Source of the DNA: an uncultured Chloroflexia bacterium
Lineage (GTDB): Bacteria > Chloroflexota > Limnocylindria > Limnocylindrales > CSP1-4
DNA length: 64,000 nucleotides
Reading direction: 5' to 3'
Assembly: GCA_963755115.1 (NCBI GenBank)
Contig: CAVWIK010000003.1
Coordinates: 740,032 to 804,031, forward strand
Under the pieces are notes generated by a model. It did not search any database, had not been told where the DNA came from, and was given only the letters and a program-made list of their open reading frames with translations. Positions within the stretch are counted from its first letter, which is position 1. Every line of letters starts with the position of its first letter. Shown one piece after another: positions 27,768 to 36,296 of the stretch. A program made the position numbers and the translations under genes.

Positions 27768-28313
27768 GTGCAGCTCATGCCCCGCCGGATCGCCCTGCTC
27801 GCCGCGCTCGTGGCCGTGGTCGCCGTGGTCGCCGCCTGCGACTCGGGGACCGTCCCGGCGACGCCTCGGCCGGTCGCCGGGACGCCGGACGCACCGCGGG
27901 AGGTGAACCTCATCGCGAAGGACTACAGCTTCCTCCCGCCGGTCCTCGACCTCGTCCCGGGCGAGACGATCCTGCTCCACGTCATCAACGGCGGCCTTGA
28001 GGTGCACGAGGCGGTCATCGGCGCCGGGGCCGTGCAGGATGCGTGGGAGGTCGCCGAGGGCGCGACGCGCGGAGCGCCGCCCGGGCCGACGCCGGTCGTC
28101 TCGGTCCCGCCCGACGTCGCGGGGCTCCGCGTCGTGGTCCGATCCGGCGAGCGGGCCGACGTCCGCTGGACCGTGCCGCTGGACGTGCCCGCCGACGCCC
28201 CGGTGACGACGCCACCGACCGCGGCCGCCTGGATCGTGGGGTGCCACATCCCCGGCCATCTGGCGAACGGGATGTGGATCCCGATCCGATGGGTCGTCGA
28301 CCCGGCACCCTGA
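27768..28313 (+). CDS. Cupredoxin-domain lipoprotein (type-1 copper site)
   Basis: Lipobox VVAAC. Ligand pattern ..LEVHEAV.. and GCHIPGHLANGM (C-x4-H-x4-M). Confidence 0.75.
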   Translation: MQLMPRRIALLAALVAVVAVVAACDSGTVPATPRPVAGTPDAPREVNLIAKDYSFLPPVLDLVPGETILLHVINGGLEVHEAVIGAGAVQDAWEVAEGATRGAPPGPTPVVSVPPDVAGLRVVVRSGERADVRWTVPLDVPADAPVTTPPTAAAWIVGCHIPGHLANGMWIPIRWVVDPAP

Positions 28314-28387
28314 GCGTCTCCGGTGGTACGCTCGTCCCCGCACGAGCCGGGGCGCGCCGTGCACCATCCACCCGAGGAGGGACCCGC

Positions 28388-28678
28388 ATGGCCTACGTGA
28401 TCGCCGAGCCGTGCATCGACGTGCTCGACATCTCGTGCGTCTCCGTGTGCCCGGTCGACTGCATCCACTACGACGAGGGTGTGGATCGCAAGCTGTTCAT
28501 CGATCCCAACGAGTGCATCGACTGCGGCGCCTGCGAGCCGGAGTGCCCGGTGAACGCGATCTTCCCCGAGGAGTCGCTGCCGACCGAGTGGGCCAACTAC
28601 ACGGCGATGGACGCGACCTGGTACACGGACAAGGCGGCGGCCCGCGCCGCGGTCGACGAGGCGAAGCCCGCCGGCTGA
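28388..28678 (+). CDS. Ferredoxin (FdxA-like, 3Fe-4S/4Fe-4S type)
   Basis: MAYVIAEPCIDVLDISCVSVCPVDCI...CIDCGACEPECP. SD GAGGAGGG upstream. Confidence 0.9.
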   Translation: MAYVIAEPCIDVLDISCVSVCPVDCIHYDEGVDRKLFIDPNECIDCGACEPECPVNAIFPEESLPTEWANYTAMDATWYTDKAAARAAVDEAKPAG

Positions 28679-28729
28679 TGGCCCGCCCGGGGCTCGGCAG
28701 CAGACCTCGGGGAGTGAGCCTCAGATCAC

Positions 28730-29659
28730 ATGCGCATCGTCTCGCTTCTCCCGTCCGCCACCGAGATCGTCTGCGCCATCGGCCTCGGCGATGAGCTCGT
28801 CGGCATCACGCACGAGTGCGACTGGCCGCCCGAGGTCATCGGCAAGCCCGTGGTCACGCGCAGCGTCCACGACCTGAGCGAGGCGAGCTCGCGCGACATC
28901 CATCGGCTGGTCACGGACTCGATGCACGGCGGATCGTCGCTCTACGTGCTCGACGAAGAGGCCCTCGTGGCCGCCGAGCCCGACCTGATCCTGACCCAGG
29001 AGCTCTGCCGCGTCTGCGCGGTGAGCTATCGCGAGGTCAACGAGGTGGTCCGAGCCATCGACGCGGACATCACGGTGGTCTCGCTCGAGCCCACCTCGAT
29101 CGAGGGGATCTTCAACACCATCACCACTGTCGGCGCGATGGCCGAGGCCGAGGACGACGCGATCGACCTCGTCGAGTCGCTGCGCGAGCGATTGGGCGCC
29201 GTGGAGGCGACCGTCGCCACGCGACGCGCCGCGGGGCGGAACGCACCCCGGATCGTCGGCCTCGAGTGGCTGGACCCGCCGTTCGCGGCCGGGCACTGGG
29301 TGCCGGAACAGGTCCGTCGTGCCGGAGGATGGGACGTGCTCGGTTCGGATGGCGAGCGCTCCGTCGAGACGACCTGGGACGCCGTCGCCGAGGTCGACCC
29401 GGAGATCCTTGTCCTGATGCCGTGCGGCTTCCACCTGGCCGAGACGGTCAGCGAGTGGGAGCGCACCCCGCGGCCGGCGTGGTACCGCGACCTGTCGGCC
29501 GTGCGCTCCGGGCAGGTCTTCGCGGTGGACGGGTCGGCCTACTTCAGCCGGCCGGGGCCGCGGGTCATCGACGGCATCGAGCTGCTGGCCGAGATCCTCG
29601 ATCCGGACGCCTTCGAGGAGGTCGCGCCGGTCGGCTCCTGGACCCCGATCACGGGCTGA
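28730..29659 (+). CDS. BtuF/FhuD-like (type 8 periplasmic-binding-fold) cobalamin/siderophore-binding protein with no signal peptide
   Basis: MRIVSLLPSATEIVCAIGLGDELVGITHECDWP.. and ..DPEILVLMPCGF... No N-terminal hydrophobic leader. Confidence 0.7.
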   Translation: MRIVSLLPSATEIVCAIGLGDELVGITHECDWPPEVIGKPVVTRSVHDLSEASSRDIHRLVTDSMHGGSSLYVLDEEALVAAEPDLILTQELCRVCAVSYREVNEVVRAIDADITVVSLEPTSIEGIFNTITTVGAMAEAEDDAIDLVESLRERLGAVEATVATRRAAGRNAPRIVGLEWLDPPFAAGHWVPEQVRRAGGWDVLGSDGERSVETTWDAVAEVDPEILVLMPCGFHLAETVSEWERTPRPAWYRDLSAVRSGQVFAVDGSAYFSRPGPRVIDGIELLAEILDPDAFEEVAPVGSWTPITG

Positions 29660-29667
29660 GGGCGCGC

Positions 29668-30613
29668 GTGCCATTCGCGGCGACCTTCGACTGCCTGTGG
29701 TGCGGGGCGCCGCACACATGTCGCGGCCCCGACGACCTGGAGGGCTGGGCGCGTCTCTGCCCGGACTGCCTCGGCAAGGCCGGGGACAACGGGTTCCTCC
29801 GATTCCGGCTCCGCCAGGCGATCACCGAGCGCGGGCAGGCGGCCGGACAGGGGATCGTGGCCGTTGCCGACCCCGCGACCGCCGCCGGCCGCCGCCGCGC
29901 CCGCCGCCGCCGCGCCCGTGCCCGCCCCCGCGCCCGACGACCCCGAGGACGCGCTCATCCCGTACTACGCCGCGCGGGCCGCCGAGTACGACGACTGGTA
30001 CCTGCGCCGCGGCCGGTATGCACGGGGACCGGTCCACGACGCGGCGTGGGACGCGGAGCTCGATGTCGCGGGTCGCTGGCTCGACGACCTGCCGATCGTC
30101 GGCGACATCGTCGACCTGGCCGCCGGCACCGGCTGGTGGGCGACGCTACTTGCCGGCAAGGGTGAGCTCTCGCTGTATGACGCGAACGCCGCGCCCCTCG
30201 AACGGGCGCGTGACCGGCTCGTCGCCCATGGCCTGCGCGCCCACCTCCACGTCCGCGACGCCTGGGCCGAGCCGGACCGGGAGGTGGACGCCGTCTTCAC
30301 CGGGTTCTGGCTGAGCCACGTGCCCCGGGCGAGGCTGCCGCAGTTCCTCGCGCTCGTGCACCGATGGCTGAAGCCCGGCGGCCGGTTCGTCTGCATCGAC
30401 TCCCTGCCCGACCCGCAGTCGTCGGCGGCGGATCACCCGACACCGAGCGACGACCTGTCGGTCCGTCGCCTCGACGATGGCCGGGAGTTCACGATCGTCA
30501 AGGTCTACTACTCGCCGGACGAGCTCGTCGCGGCCCTGGCGGCAGCCGGGTTCGGGGCGCCGGTCGTGACGACGTCGGGTCGGTTCTTCCTCCTCGGGAC
30601 CGCCACGGCCTGA
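29668..30613 (+). CDS. Zinc-ribbon + class I SAM-dependent methyltransferase; frame broken in the Ala/Pro linker near nt 29870
   Basis: Frame 1 gives VPFAATFDCLWCGAPHTC..RLCPDCLGKAGDNGF... Frame 2 continues ..PAPAPDDPEDALIPYYAARAAEYDDWY..VDLAAGTGWW.. (SAM motif I). Confidence 0.6.
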
Positions 30614-30634
30614 CCGGACCGCGCGACGGTCCGG
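30614..30634 (+). terminator. Hairpin CCGGACCG-cgcga-CGGTCCGG directly after the methyltransferase stop
   Basis: Perfect 8-bp stem, 5-nt loop, no U tract. Confidence 0.4.
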
Positions 30635-30653
30635 GATCGCGTCGATGCGCGGC

Positions 30654-30659
30654 TATACT
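30654..30659 (+). promoter_or_regulatory. -10 hexamer TATACT 7 nt before the proC ATG (leaderless transcript predicted)
   Basis: TATACT-ccggccg-ATG. Confidence 0.4.
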
Positions 30660-30666
30660 CCGGCCG

Positions 30667-31536
30667 ATGTCACCCCTCTCGAAGGCCACGATCGCCACGA
30701 TCGGCTCCGGCGTCATGGCCGAGGCGATGATCGCCGGGCTGCTCCGCGGCAAGCTGGTCGAGCCCGGGCAGGTCGTGGCCAGCCACCCGCGGGTCGAGCG
30801 GCGCGAGCACCTCGAGCGCGAGTACGGCATCCGCACGGTCGCCGGCAACGTGGAGGCGGTCGAAGGCGCCGACGTCATCCTGCTCGGCATCAAGCCGCAG
30901 ATGCTCAGCCGGGTCGGGCACGAGATCGGTCCGCACCTGCATCGGGGGCAGCTGGTCCTGAGCGTGCTCGCCGGCGCGACCACGAAGGCCCTGACCGGGA
31001 TCCTCGGTCACGACCAGGTCGTCCGGAGCATGCCCAACACGCCGGCCCGCCTCGGCAAGGGGATGACGGTCTGGTACGCGACGCCCGAGACGACCGAGGC
31101 CCAGCGGGCCCAGGCGGCGGCGCTCCTCACGGCGCTCGGGATGCAGCTGGAGGTCGATGACGAGAAGATGGTCGCGATGGCCACCGCGGTCAGCGGGACC
31201 GGCCCGACCTACGTCTTCCTGGTGATGGAGGCGCTTATCGACGCCGCCGTCCACCTGGGCTTCCCACGGCACATCGCGCACGACCTCGTCATCGAGACGC
31301 TGGAGGGCTCGACGCTCTTCGCGAAGCAGTCCGGGATGCATCCCGCGGAGTTGCGGAACATGGTCACCTCGCCCGGCGGCACCTCGGCGGCGGCGCTCCA
31401 CGAGCTCGAATCGGGCCGCCTTCGCACGGTGCTCTCCGAGGCGGTCTGGGCGGCCTTCCGGCGGACCGTCGAGCTCGGCGAGCAGCTCGAGCGATCGGCG
31501 GCGGAGCCCGAGCCGCCACGGAACGGAGGTCGATGA
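30667..31536 (+). CDS. proC: Pyrroline-5-carboxylate reductase
   Basis: ..IATIGSGVMAEAMIAGL..MPNTPARLGKGMTVW..TSPGGTSAAALHELE. Confidence 0.92.
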   Translation: MSPLSKATIATIGSGVMAEAMIAGLLRGKLVEPGQVVASHPRVERREHLEREYGIRTVAGNVEAVEGADVILLGIKPQMLSRVGHEIGPHLHRGQLVLSVLAGATTKALTGILGHDQVVRSMPNTPARLGKGMTVWYATPETTEAQRAQAAALLTALGMQLEVDDEKMVAMATAVSGTGPTYVFLVMEALIDAAVHLGFPRHIAHDLVIETLEGSTLFAKQSGMHPAELRNMVTSPGGTSAAALHELESGRLRTVLSEAVWAAFRRTVELGEQLERSAAEPEPPRNGGR

Positions 31537-32597
31537 CCGCCGTCGACGCCCGGGCGGTGGTGGACCTTCGACGGTCGTCGCTGGCCGATCTGCGCACCGT
31601 CGACCTGCGGGCGCCCGACCGCGACCTGTGGGCCGATGAGGCCGCCATCTGGCAGCGCCTGACCGCGACCTGGGCCGGCCTCGACGACGCGGCCTGGCAC
31701 GTGGCCGGGGCGGCTCCGTCGGACGCCGGCGGACCGGACTGGTCGCTGGCCGAGCATGTCGGCCACCTCGCGGCCTGGCAGGAGCTCGCCGTCACCTACA
31801 CCGCGGCCGCGATCGAGACCGGCCGCTGGCCGACCGATGCCGACTACGACGACGGCGATTTCGACCGCTTCAACGAGCGGCTGCGCGAGCCCTGGGCGAC
31901 GATGCCGCGGAACGAGCTGCTGGCCCGCCTCGGCGCGGCACGGACCGCGATCCTGGCCGAAGCCCACCGGCTGTCGGCGGCCCAGATCCGCTCGGACAGC
32001 GCCTGGGGCTGGATCTACCAGGTCCTCCACGGCCACTACCTCGACCACCTCGTGGTCATCGAGCCGTGGACGACGGCCCTCCGCGGCCGGCAGATCGACG
32101 GCGATCCGTTCGTCGAGGACCCGCGCCCGGTCGACCACGCGGCCTTCCGTGCCCGGGACGAGGCGATCGAGGCGGACCTCGGGGCGCTCCTCGGGACCCT
32201 CGCGACCGGGGACCGGGATGGCGTCGAGATCACGCCGGGCTGGACAATCCGCGATCACGTGGCCCACCTCGCCGACTGGGCGCAGGAGGGTGCCCGCGCG
32301 ATCGCCGTCTACCACGGCCGCCGGATCTGGCTCTCCGATCCGGAGGAGGGCATCGACGCCTGGAACGAACGGATGGTGGCGGCGTCGCGTGGCGAAACGG
32401 CGGCCGCGACGCTGACGCGACACCGAGCCGCGCGGGCCGCGCTGCTCGACGCGGTCGAGACCCTCACGATCGACGAGCTCCGCTCCCCCGACGGATGGAG
32501 CTGGGCCTACGACTGCCTGCACGGGCACGTCCGCAAGCACGTCGCGATGCTCGGTCCGGTCGTGGCCATGGCCGGATGGCCGGACCCCGTCTCCTGA
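31533..32597 (+). CDS. Protein with two tandem DinB/MDMPI_N-like four-helix-bundle domains
   Basis: ATGA overlap with proC. Two repeats carry the motifs WSLAEHVGHLAAW and IRDHVAHLADW, and HGHYLDHL and HGHVRKHV. Confidence 0.65.
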   Translation: MTAVDARAVVDLRRSSLADLRTVDLRAPDRDLWADEAAIWQRLTATWAGLDDAAWHVAGAAPSDAGGPDWSLAEHVGHLAAWQELAVTYTAAAIETGRWPTDADYDDGDFDRFNERLREPWATMPRNELLARLGAARTAILAEAHRLSAAQIRSDSAWGWIYQVLHGHYLDHLVVIEPWTTALRGRQIDGDPFVEDPRPVDHAAFRARDEAIEADLGALLGTLATGDRDGVEITPGWTIRDHVAHLADWAQEGARAIAVYHGRRIWLSDPEEGIDAWNERMVAASRGETAAATLTRHRAARAALLDAVETLTIDELRSPDGWSWAYDCLHGHVRKHVAMLGPVVAMAGWPDPVS

Positions 32598-34561
32598 TGG
32601 CGGCGACGACCCCGGCCACCCCGGGCGGCCTGACCATCGAGGCCATCGTCGCGGTCGAGCCGCCGCGCGAGTTCCGGCTGCATCCGCGCGACCGCCTCGT
32701 GGCGTACACCGCCGACGCGGCGGGTGCGCGACAGGTGTTCACGCTGCCGCTGCGCGGTGGCCATCCGACCCAGCTGACCGCATCCGAGAAGGCGATCTCC
32801 GATCCCCAGTGGTCGCCCGATGGCCGCCGGCTCGTCTACGTGCGCGACGACGAGATCTGGGTCATCGAGGCCGATGGCTCGCGAACCACGCGTGTCGTTC
32901 CCAAGCCCGGCGGCGCGCGGCTCCCGCGCTGGTCCCCCGACGGGCGGCGCCTCGCGTTCGTCTCGCGCCGGCGCGGCTGGTCGCAGGTCTGGCTCATCGA
33001 TGCGCCGGTGCCGAAGCGCGGGCGACCGGCCCATGATCCGAAGCCGCCGGTCCCGCATGTCCTGACGCGCGCCGGCGTCGACATCGACACCTTCGAATGG
33101 GCGCCCGACGGGGAGCGGATCGCGCTGACCGGCCGCCTGCTCGACAACGATCCCGAGACGTATCAGATCGCGCTGGTCGACGTCGAGTCCGGCGCGATGG
33201 AGATCGTCGCTGGCGACGCGAGCCTCGATACGGGTCCGCGCTGGACAGCCGACGGATCGCTCCTCTTCGTCTCTGATGCGGACGGCTGGTTCCAGGTGGT
33301 CCGGCGCACACCCGATGGCCACGACCGGATCGTCCTCACGGCGGGGGCGCGCGAGCACGGCGAGCCCTCGGGCAGTGCCGGCTACGCGCCGCTCCCGTCG
33401 CCCGATGGCTCCCGCTTCGTCCACATCGAGGTGCACGACGGGCTCGTGGACCTCGTGGTCGCCGACCTCGCCGGCGCCGTCCCGCCCAAGCGCGGCCGCG
33501 GACGTCCACCCAAGACGCCGCGGACCGTTGCCGCGGCCTCGACCGGACAGCGGATCAACCCGTGGGACGGCGTCTGGCGATCGGTCGACTGGCAGTCGGA
33601 CGGGGCGTGGGTGGCCGCCGTCGGCGAGAGCGAGACCCAGCCGCAGGACCTGTGGCTCCTCCCGGTCCCCGGTGTCGCCCCGGATGACGCCCGGCCACGC
33701 CGGATCACGGACTCGCGGCCGGCGGTCCTCGGCGCGTCGCTCGCGCCGGGTCGCGTGCCGGCCGGGGAGCGCATCACGCTGACGGCACGCGACGGTCTCC
33801 GTCTCGAGGGCACCCTGTGGCGGCCGGTCGCGGCCACCGGCAAGCGCGGCGGTCAGCGCGTTCCGACCATCGTCTACCCGCACGGCGGTCCGACCTGGCA
33901 GGCCTATCGCGGGTTCGTGCCGTTCAAGCTGCTGCTCACCGAGGCCGGCTTCGCCGTGCTCGACATCGACTTCCGGGGATCGACCGGCTACGGGCGCGCG
34001 TTCCGCATCGCGAACCACGACGAGTGGGGCCACGCCGACCTCCACGACGTCGTCGACGCCGCGCGCTGGGCCGCGGGTCAGTCCTGGTCGGACGGGCGCC
34101 TCGCGGTCTGGGGCGGTTCGTACGGCGGCTACCTCGTCCTGTGCGCCCTCGTCGACGAGCCGGAGCTGTGGCGAGCCGGCGTCGACCTGTTCGGGGATTC
34201 GGAGATCGCCGAGAGCTACCGAAAGGGTGACCGGCCCGGCCGCCTGGACCTGCACCGGATGATGGGCTCGCCCGATGAGCCCGCGCGCGCCGACCTCTAT
34301 CGCCGCGGTTCGCCGGTCTACCGCGCCGAGCGGATCCAGGCTCCGCTCCTGATCCTGCACGGCCGCAAGGACAAGCGGGTCGTGCCGCTCATGACCGAGA
34401 AGATGGTCGAGGCGCTCGAGATCGAGGGCAAGACCTTCGAGGTCCACTGGTACGACGAAGAGGGCCACGGCTGGGAACGGCGGGAGAACCGCCGCGACGC
34501 GTTCGAGCGGATCCTCGCGTTCCTCCGGACCCACGTCCTCGACGAGCCGCCGGCCCCCTAG
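32597..34561 (+). CDS. S9-family serine peptidase (prolyl oligopeptidase / dipeptidyl aminopeptidase) with N-terminal beta-propeller
   Basis: WSPDGRRL(V/A) propeller repeats, nucleophile elbow GGSYGGY, ..LILHGRKDKRV.., ..EEGHGW... TGATG overlap with the upstream gene. Confidence 0.9.
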   Translation: MAATTPATPGGLTIEAIVAVEPPREFRLHPRDRLVAYTADAAGARQVFTLPLRGGHPTQLTASEKAISDPQWSPDGRRLVYVRDDEIWVIEADGSRTTRVVPKPGGARLPRWSPDGRRLAFVSRRRGWSQVWLIDAPVPKRGRPAHDPKPPVPHVLTRAGVDIDTFEWAPDGERIALTGRLLDNDPETYQIALVDVESGAMEIVAGDASLDTGPRWTADGSLLFVSDADGWFQVVRRTPDGHDRIVLTAGAREHGEPSGSAGYAPLPSPDGSRFVHIEVHDGLVDLVVADLAGAVPPKRGRGRPPKTPRTVAAASTGQRINPWDGVWRSVDWQSDGAWVAAVGESETQPQDLWLLPVPGVAPDDARPRRITDSRPAVLGASLAPGRVPAGERITLTARDGLRLEGTLWRPVAATGKRGGQRVPTIVYPHGGPTWQAYRGFVPFKLLLTEAGFAVLDIDFRGSTGYGRAFRIANHDEWGHADLHDVVDAARWAAGQSWSDGRLAVWGGSYGGYLVLCALVDEPELWRAGVDLFGDSEIAESYRKGDRPGRLDLHRMMGSPDEPARADLYRRGSPVYRAERIQAPLLILHGRKDKRVVPLMTEKMVEALEIEGKTFEVHWYDEEGHGWERRENRRDAFERILAFLRTHVLDEPPAP

Positions 34562-34629
34562 ATCGGACCGCCGGCCCCCTAGATCGGACCGCCGGCCCCC
34601 TAGACCGGACCGCCGGCCCCTAGATCGGA
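34547..34629. repeat. Four tandem copies of a 21-bp unit CCGCCGGCCCCCTAGATCGGA (plus a degenerate fifth)
   Basis: Copies at 34547, 34568, 34589 (one mismatch) and 34610 (20 nt). Each contains CTAG, which is a stop codon on both strands. Confidence 0.95.
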
Positions 34630-35126
34630 CCGCCCGGCCCCTCGCCCGATCCGCCGTCGCGCATCGGGATGATGCTGATCGCGCCGTCGGTCTCGAGGAC
34701 CGCCAGCCGCACCTCGTCGATCCGCTCGATGCCGTTGCGCCTCGCCGCCCGCTCGATATCGAGCAGGTCGACCTTCTCCTTGCCGATCGCCTCCTCGTCG
34801 GGCTTGCCGTCGCGGACGAGGACGCGCGGCTCGCCTTCGATGACCATCCGGAGCCACTTCCACCGCTCGATCAGCCAGCTGAGCCCCTGGTCCAGGACGA
34901 TCAGGGTCGCCACTGCGACGAGACCGCCCCACAGCGTCACGTTCTCGCCGACCATCGAGTTCTGGACGGCGTCCGACACCACGAGGACGACGATGAGCTC
35001 GAGGATCGTCAGCTGCCCGACCGCGCGCTTGCCCGAGAGACGGAGGGCGACGACGAGGAACAGGTAGACGACCGCCGTCCGGACGACGATCTCGGGCAGG
35101 CTCGAGCCGAGGTCCGGGAAGCTCAC
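34620..35126 (-). CDS. DUF421 (YetF-like) membrane protein
   Basis: ..LSGKRAVGQLTILELIVVLVVSDAVQNSM... GTG start with a GTGA overlap to the upstream gene. Confidence 0.75.
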   Translation of the reverse strand: MSFPDLGSSLPEIVVRTAVVYLFLVVALRLSGKRAVGQLTILELIVVLVVSDAVQNSMVGENVTLWGGLVAVATLIVLDQGLSWLIERWKWLRMVIEGEPRVLVRDGKPDEEAIGKEKVDLLDIERAARRNGIERIDEVRLAVLETDGAISIIPMRDGGSGEGPGGPI

Positions 35127-35677
35127 AGCGGACCCCCGGCATGTCCGGGTGCCGGCTCCCGGCCACGCCGCATCGCGAGCGCGATGGTGACGGCGACGCC
35201 GATCCCGATGATCACGTCGCCGACGCTGAACACGTTGGCCAGGGGCAGCCAGCCCGGCAGGGCGAAGATGTCGGTCAGCGGCCGGAGCGCCGGGTCGGCG
35301 ACCACGACGCTGTTCGTGATCCCGCCGAGGTCGATGCCCGCGGCGCTCAACGCCGCGGGGTCGGCCGGCATATGGCCGCCGTTGGCGAGGATCGCGGCGA
35401 AGTTGCAGCCGGCACCGGTGGCGACGATCGCGATCCCCGGGATCGCGAGGTTGCGCAGCACGGCCCCGAGGACCGCGAGGTTCGACGCGACGTAGATCGC
35501 CGGCCCGGCGCTGCCGACGGCCGACCCGACCGGGTCGGAGAAGATCAGGACCTGGACGAGGAACCCCGCGACCGCGAGCCATGCCCACCGGAACCGCAGC
35601 TCCGCGAGGCCGCCGACGCGCCCGCCGACGAGCAGGCCGGCCAGGATGCCGATCGGGATGGCGTACAGGATGAACAT
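35123..35677 (-). CDS. Polytopic membrane protein (DUF5317-like)
   Basis: Five or so hydrophobic helices and the motif NFAAILANGGHMP. Family assignment is from memory only. Confidence 0.55.
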   Translation of the reverse strand: MFILYAIPIGILAGLLVGGRVGGLAELRFRWAWLAVAGFLVQVLIFSDPVGSAVGSAGPAIYVASNLAVLGAVLRNLAIPGIAIVATGAGCNFAAILANGGHMPADPAALSAAGIDLGGITNSVVVADPALRPLTDIFALPGWLPLANVFSVGDVIIGIGVAVTIALAMRRGREPAPGHAGGPL

Positions 35678-35690
35678 CGCCCGGGACGTC

Positions 35691-36200
35691 TCAGCCGGCG
35701 GGCTCGGCGACCCCGAGGCTCGACGCCAGCTGGGCGGCGTGGTCCGCGAGGTGGCCGGTGATGAACCGCTCCACGCCGGCCGCGACGGTCACCTCGCCGA
35801 GGGTCGGGTGCAGGCCCACCCGCGCGCGGGCGGCGGGTGACCACGACGACCATCGTCCGATGACGACCTCGAGCTCCCGGGAGATCCGGTCGAACAACGT
35901 CGCGACCGGCAGGGTCCGGTTGCGCTCGATGGCGGCGAGCCTCGCGGCGTCCGTCGTCACCCGGCCGAACGGGACGGGCTCGGCATGCTCGGGGGACGCG
36001 ATCCGCGACAGCTCCGCGTCCCAGTAGCCGACCATCTCCGCGAGATGGGCGAGGACTTCCTGCGGTCCCCACGACGACTCGGGCGCGTGATCGAAGCGCT
36101 CGGCGAGCGGCCATGGCGCTCCGGCCTCGACCGCCGGGCGAAGGCGGGCGAGCCGGGCTCCGGCGGCGGCCAGGCGGTCGGCGACCTCATCGTTCGGCAT
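35691..36200 (-). CDS. DinB-family four-helix-bundle protein
   Basis: ..WGPQEVLAHLAEMVGYW.. and ..FITGHLADHAAQL... The listed 563-aa ORF upstream of MPNDEV.. is antisense to hppD. Confidence 0.7.
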   Translation of the reverse strand: MPNDEVADRLAAAGARLARLRPAVEAGAPWPLAERFDHAPESSWGPQEVLAHLAEMVGYWDAELSRIASPEHAEPVPFGRVTTDAARLAAIERNRTLPVATLFDRISRELEVVIGRWSSWSPAARARVGLHPTLGEVTVAAGVERFITGHLADHAAQLASSLGVAEPAG

Positions 36201-36296
36201 GGCGGCAGTGTGGCACGACCGGCGTAGCATGGGCGGCAACATCGATCGGGCGACCACAGCGCCGCCCGCCCGCTCGCAGCACGGGAGACGCGCGAC

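Noticed and set aside
34547-34645. The 21-bp repeat array as a CRISPR array.
   Set aside because: The units are directly contiguous with no spacers, only four or so copies are present, and no cas genes occur in the window. It is a simple tandem repeat.
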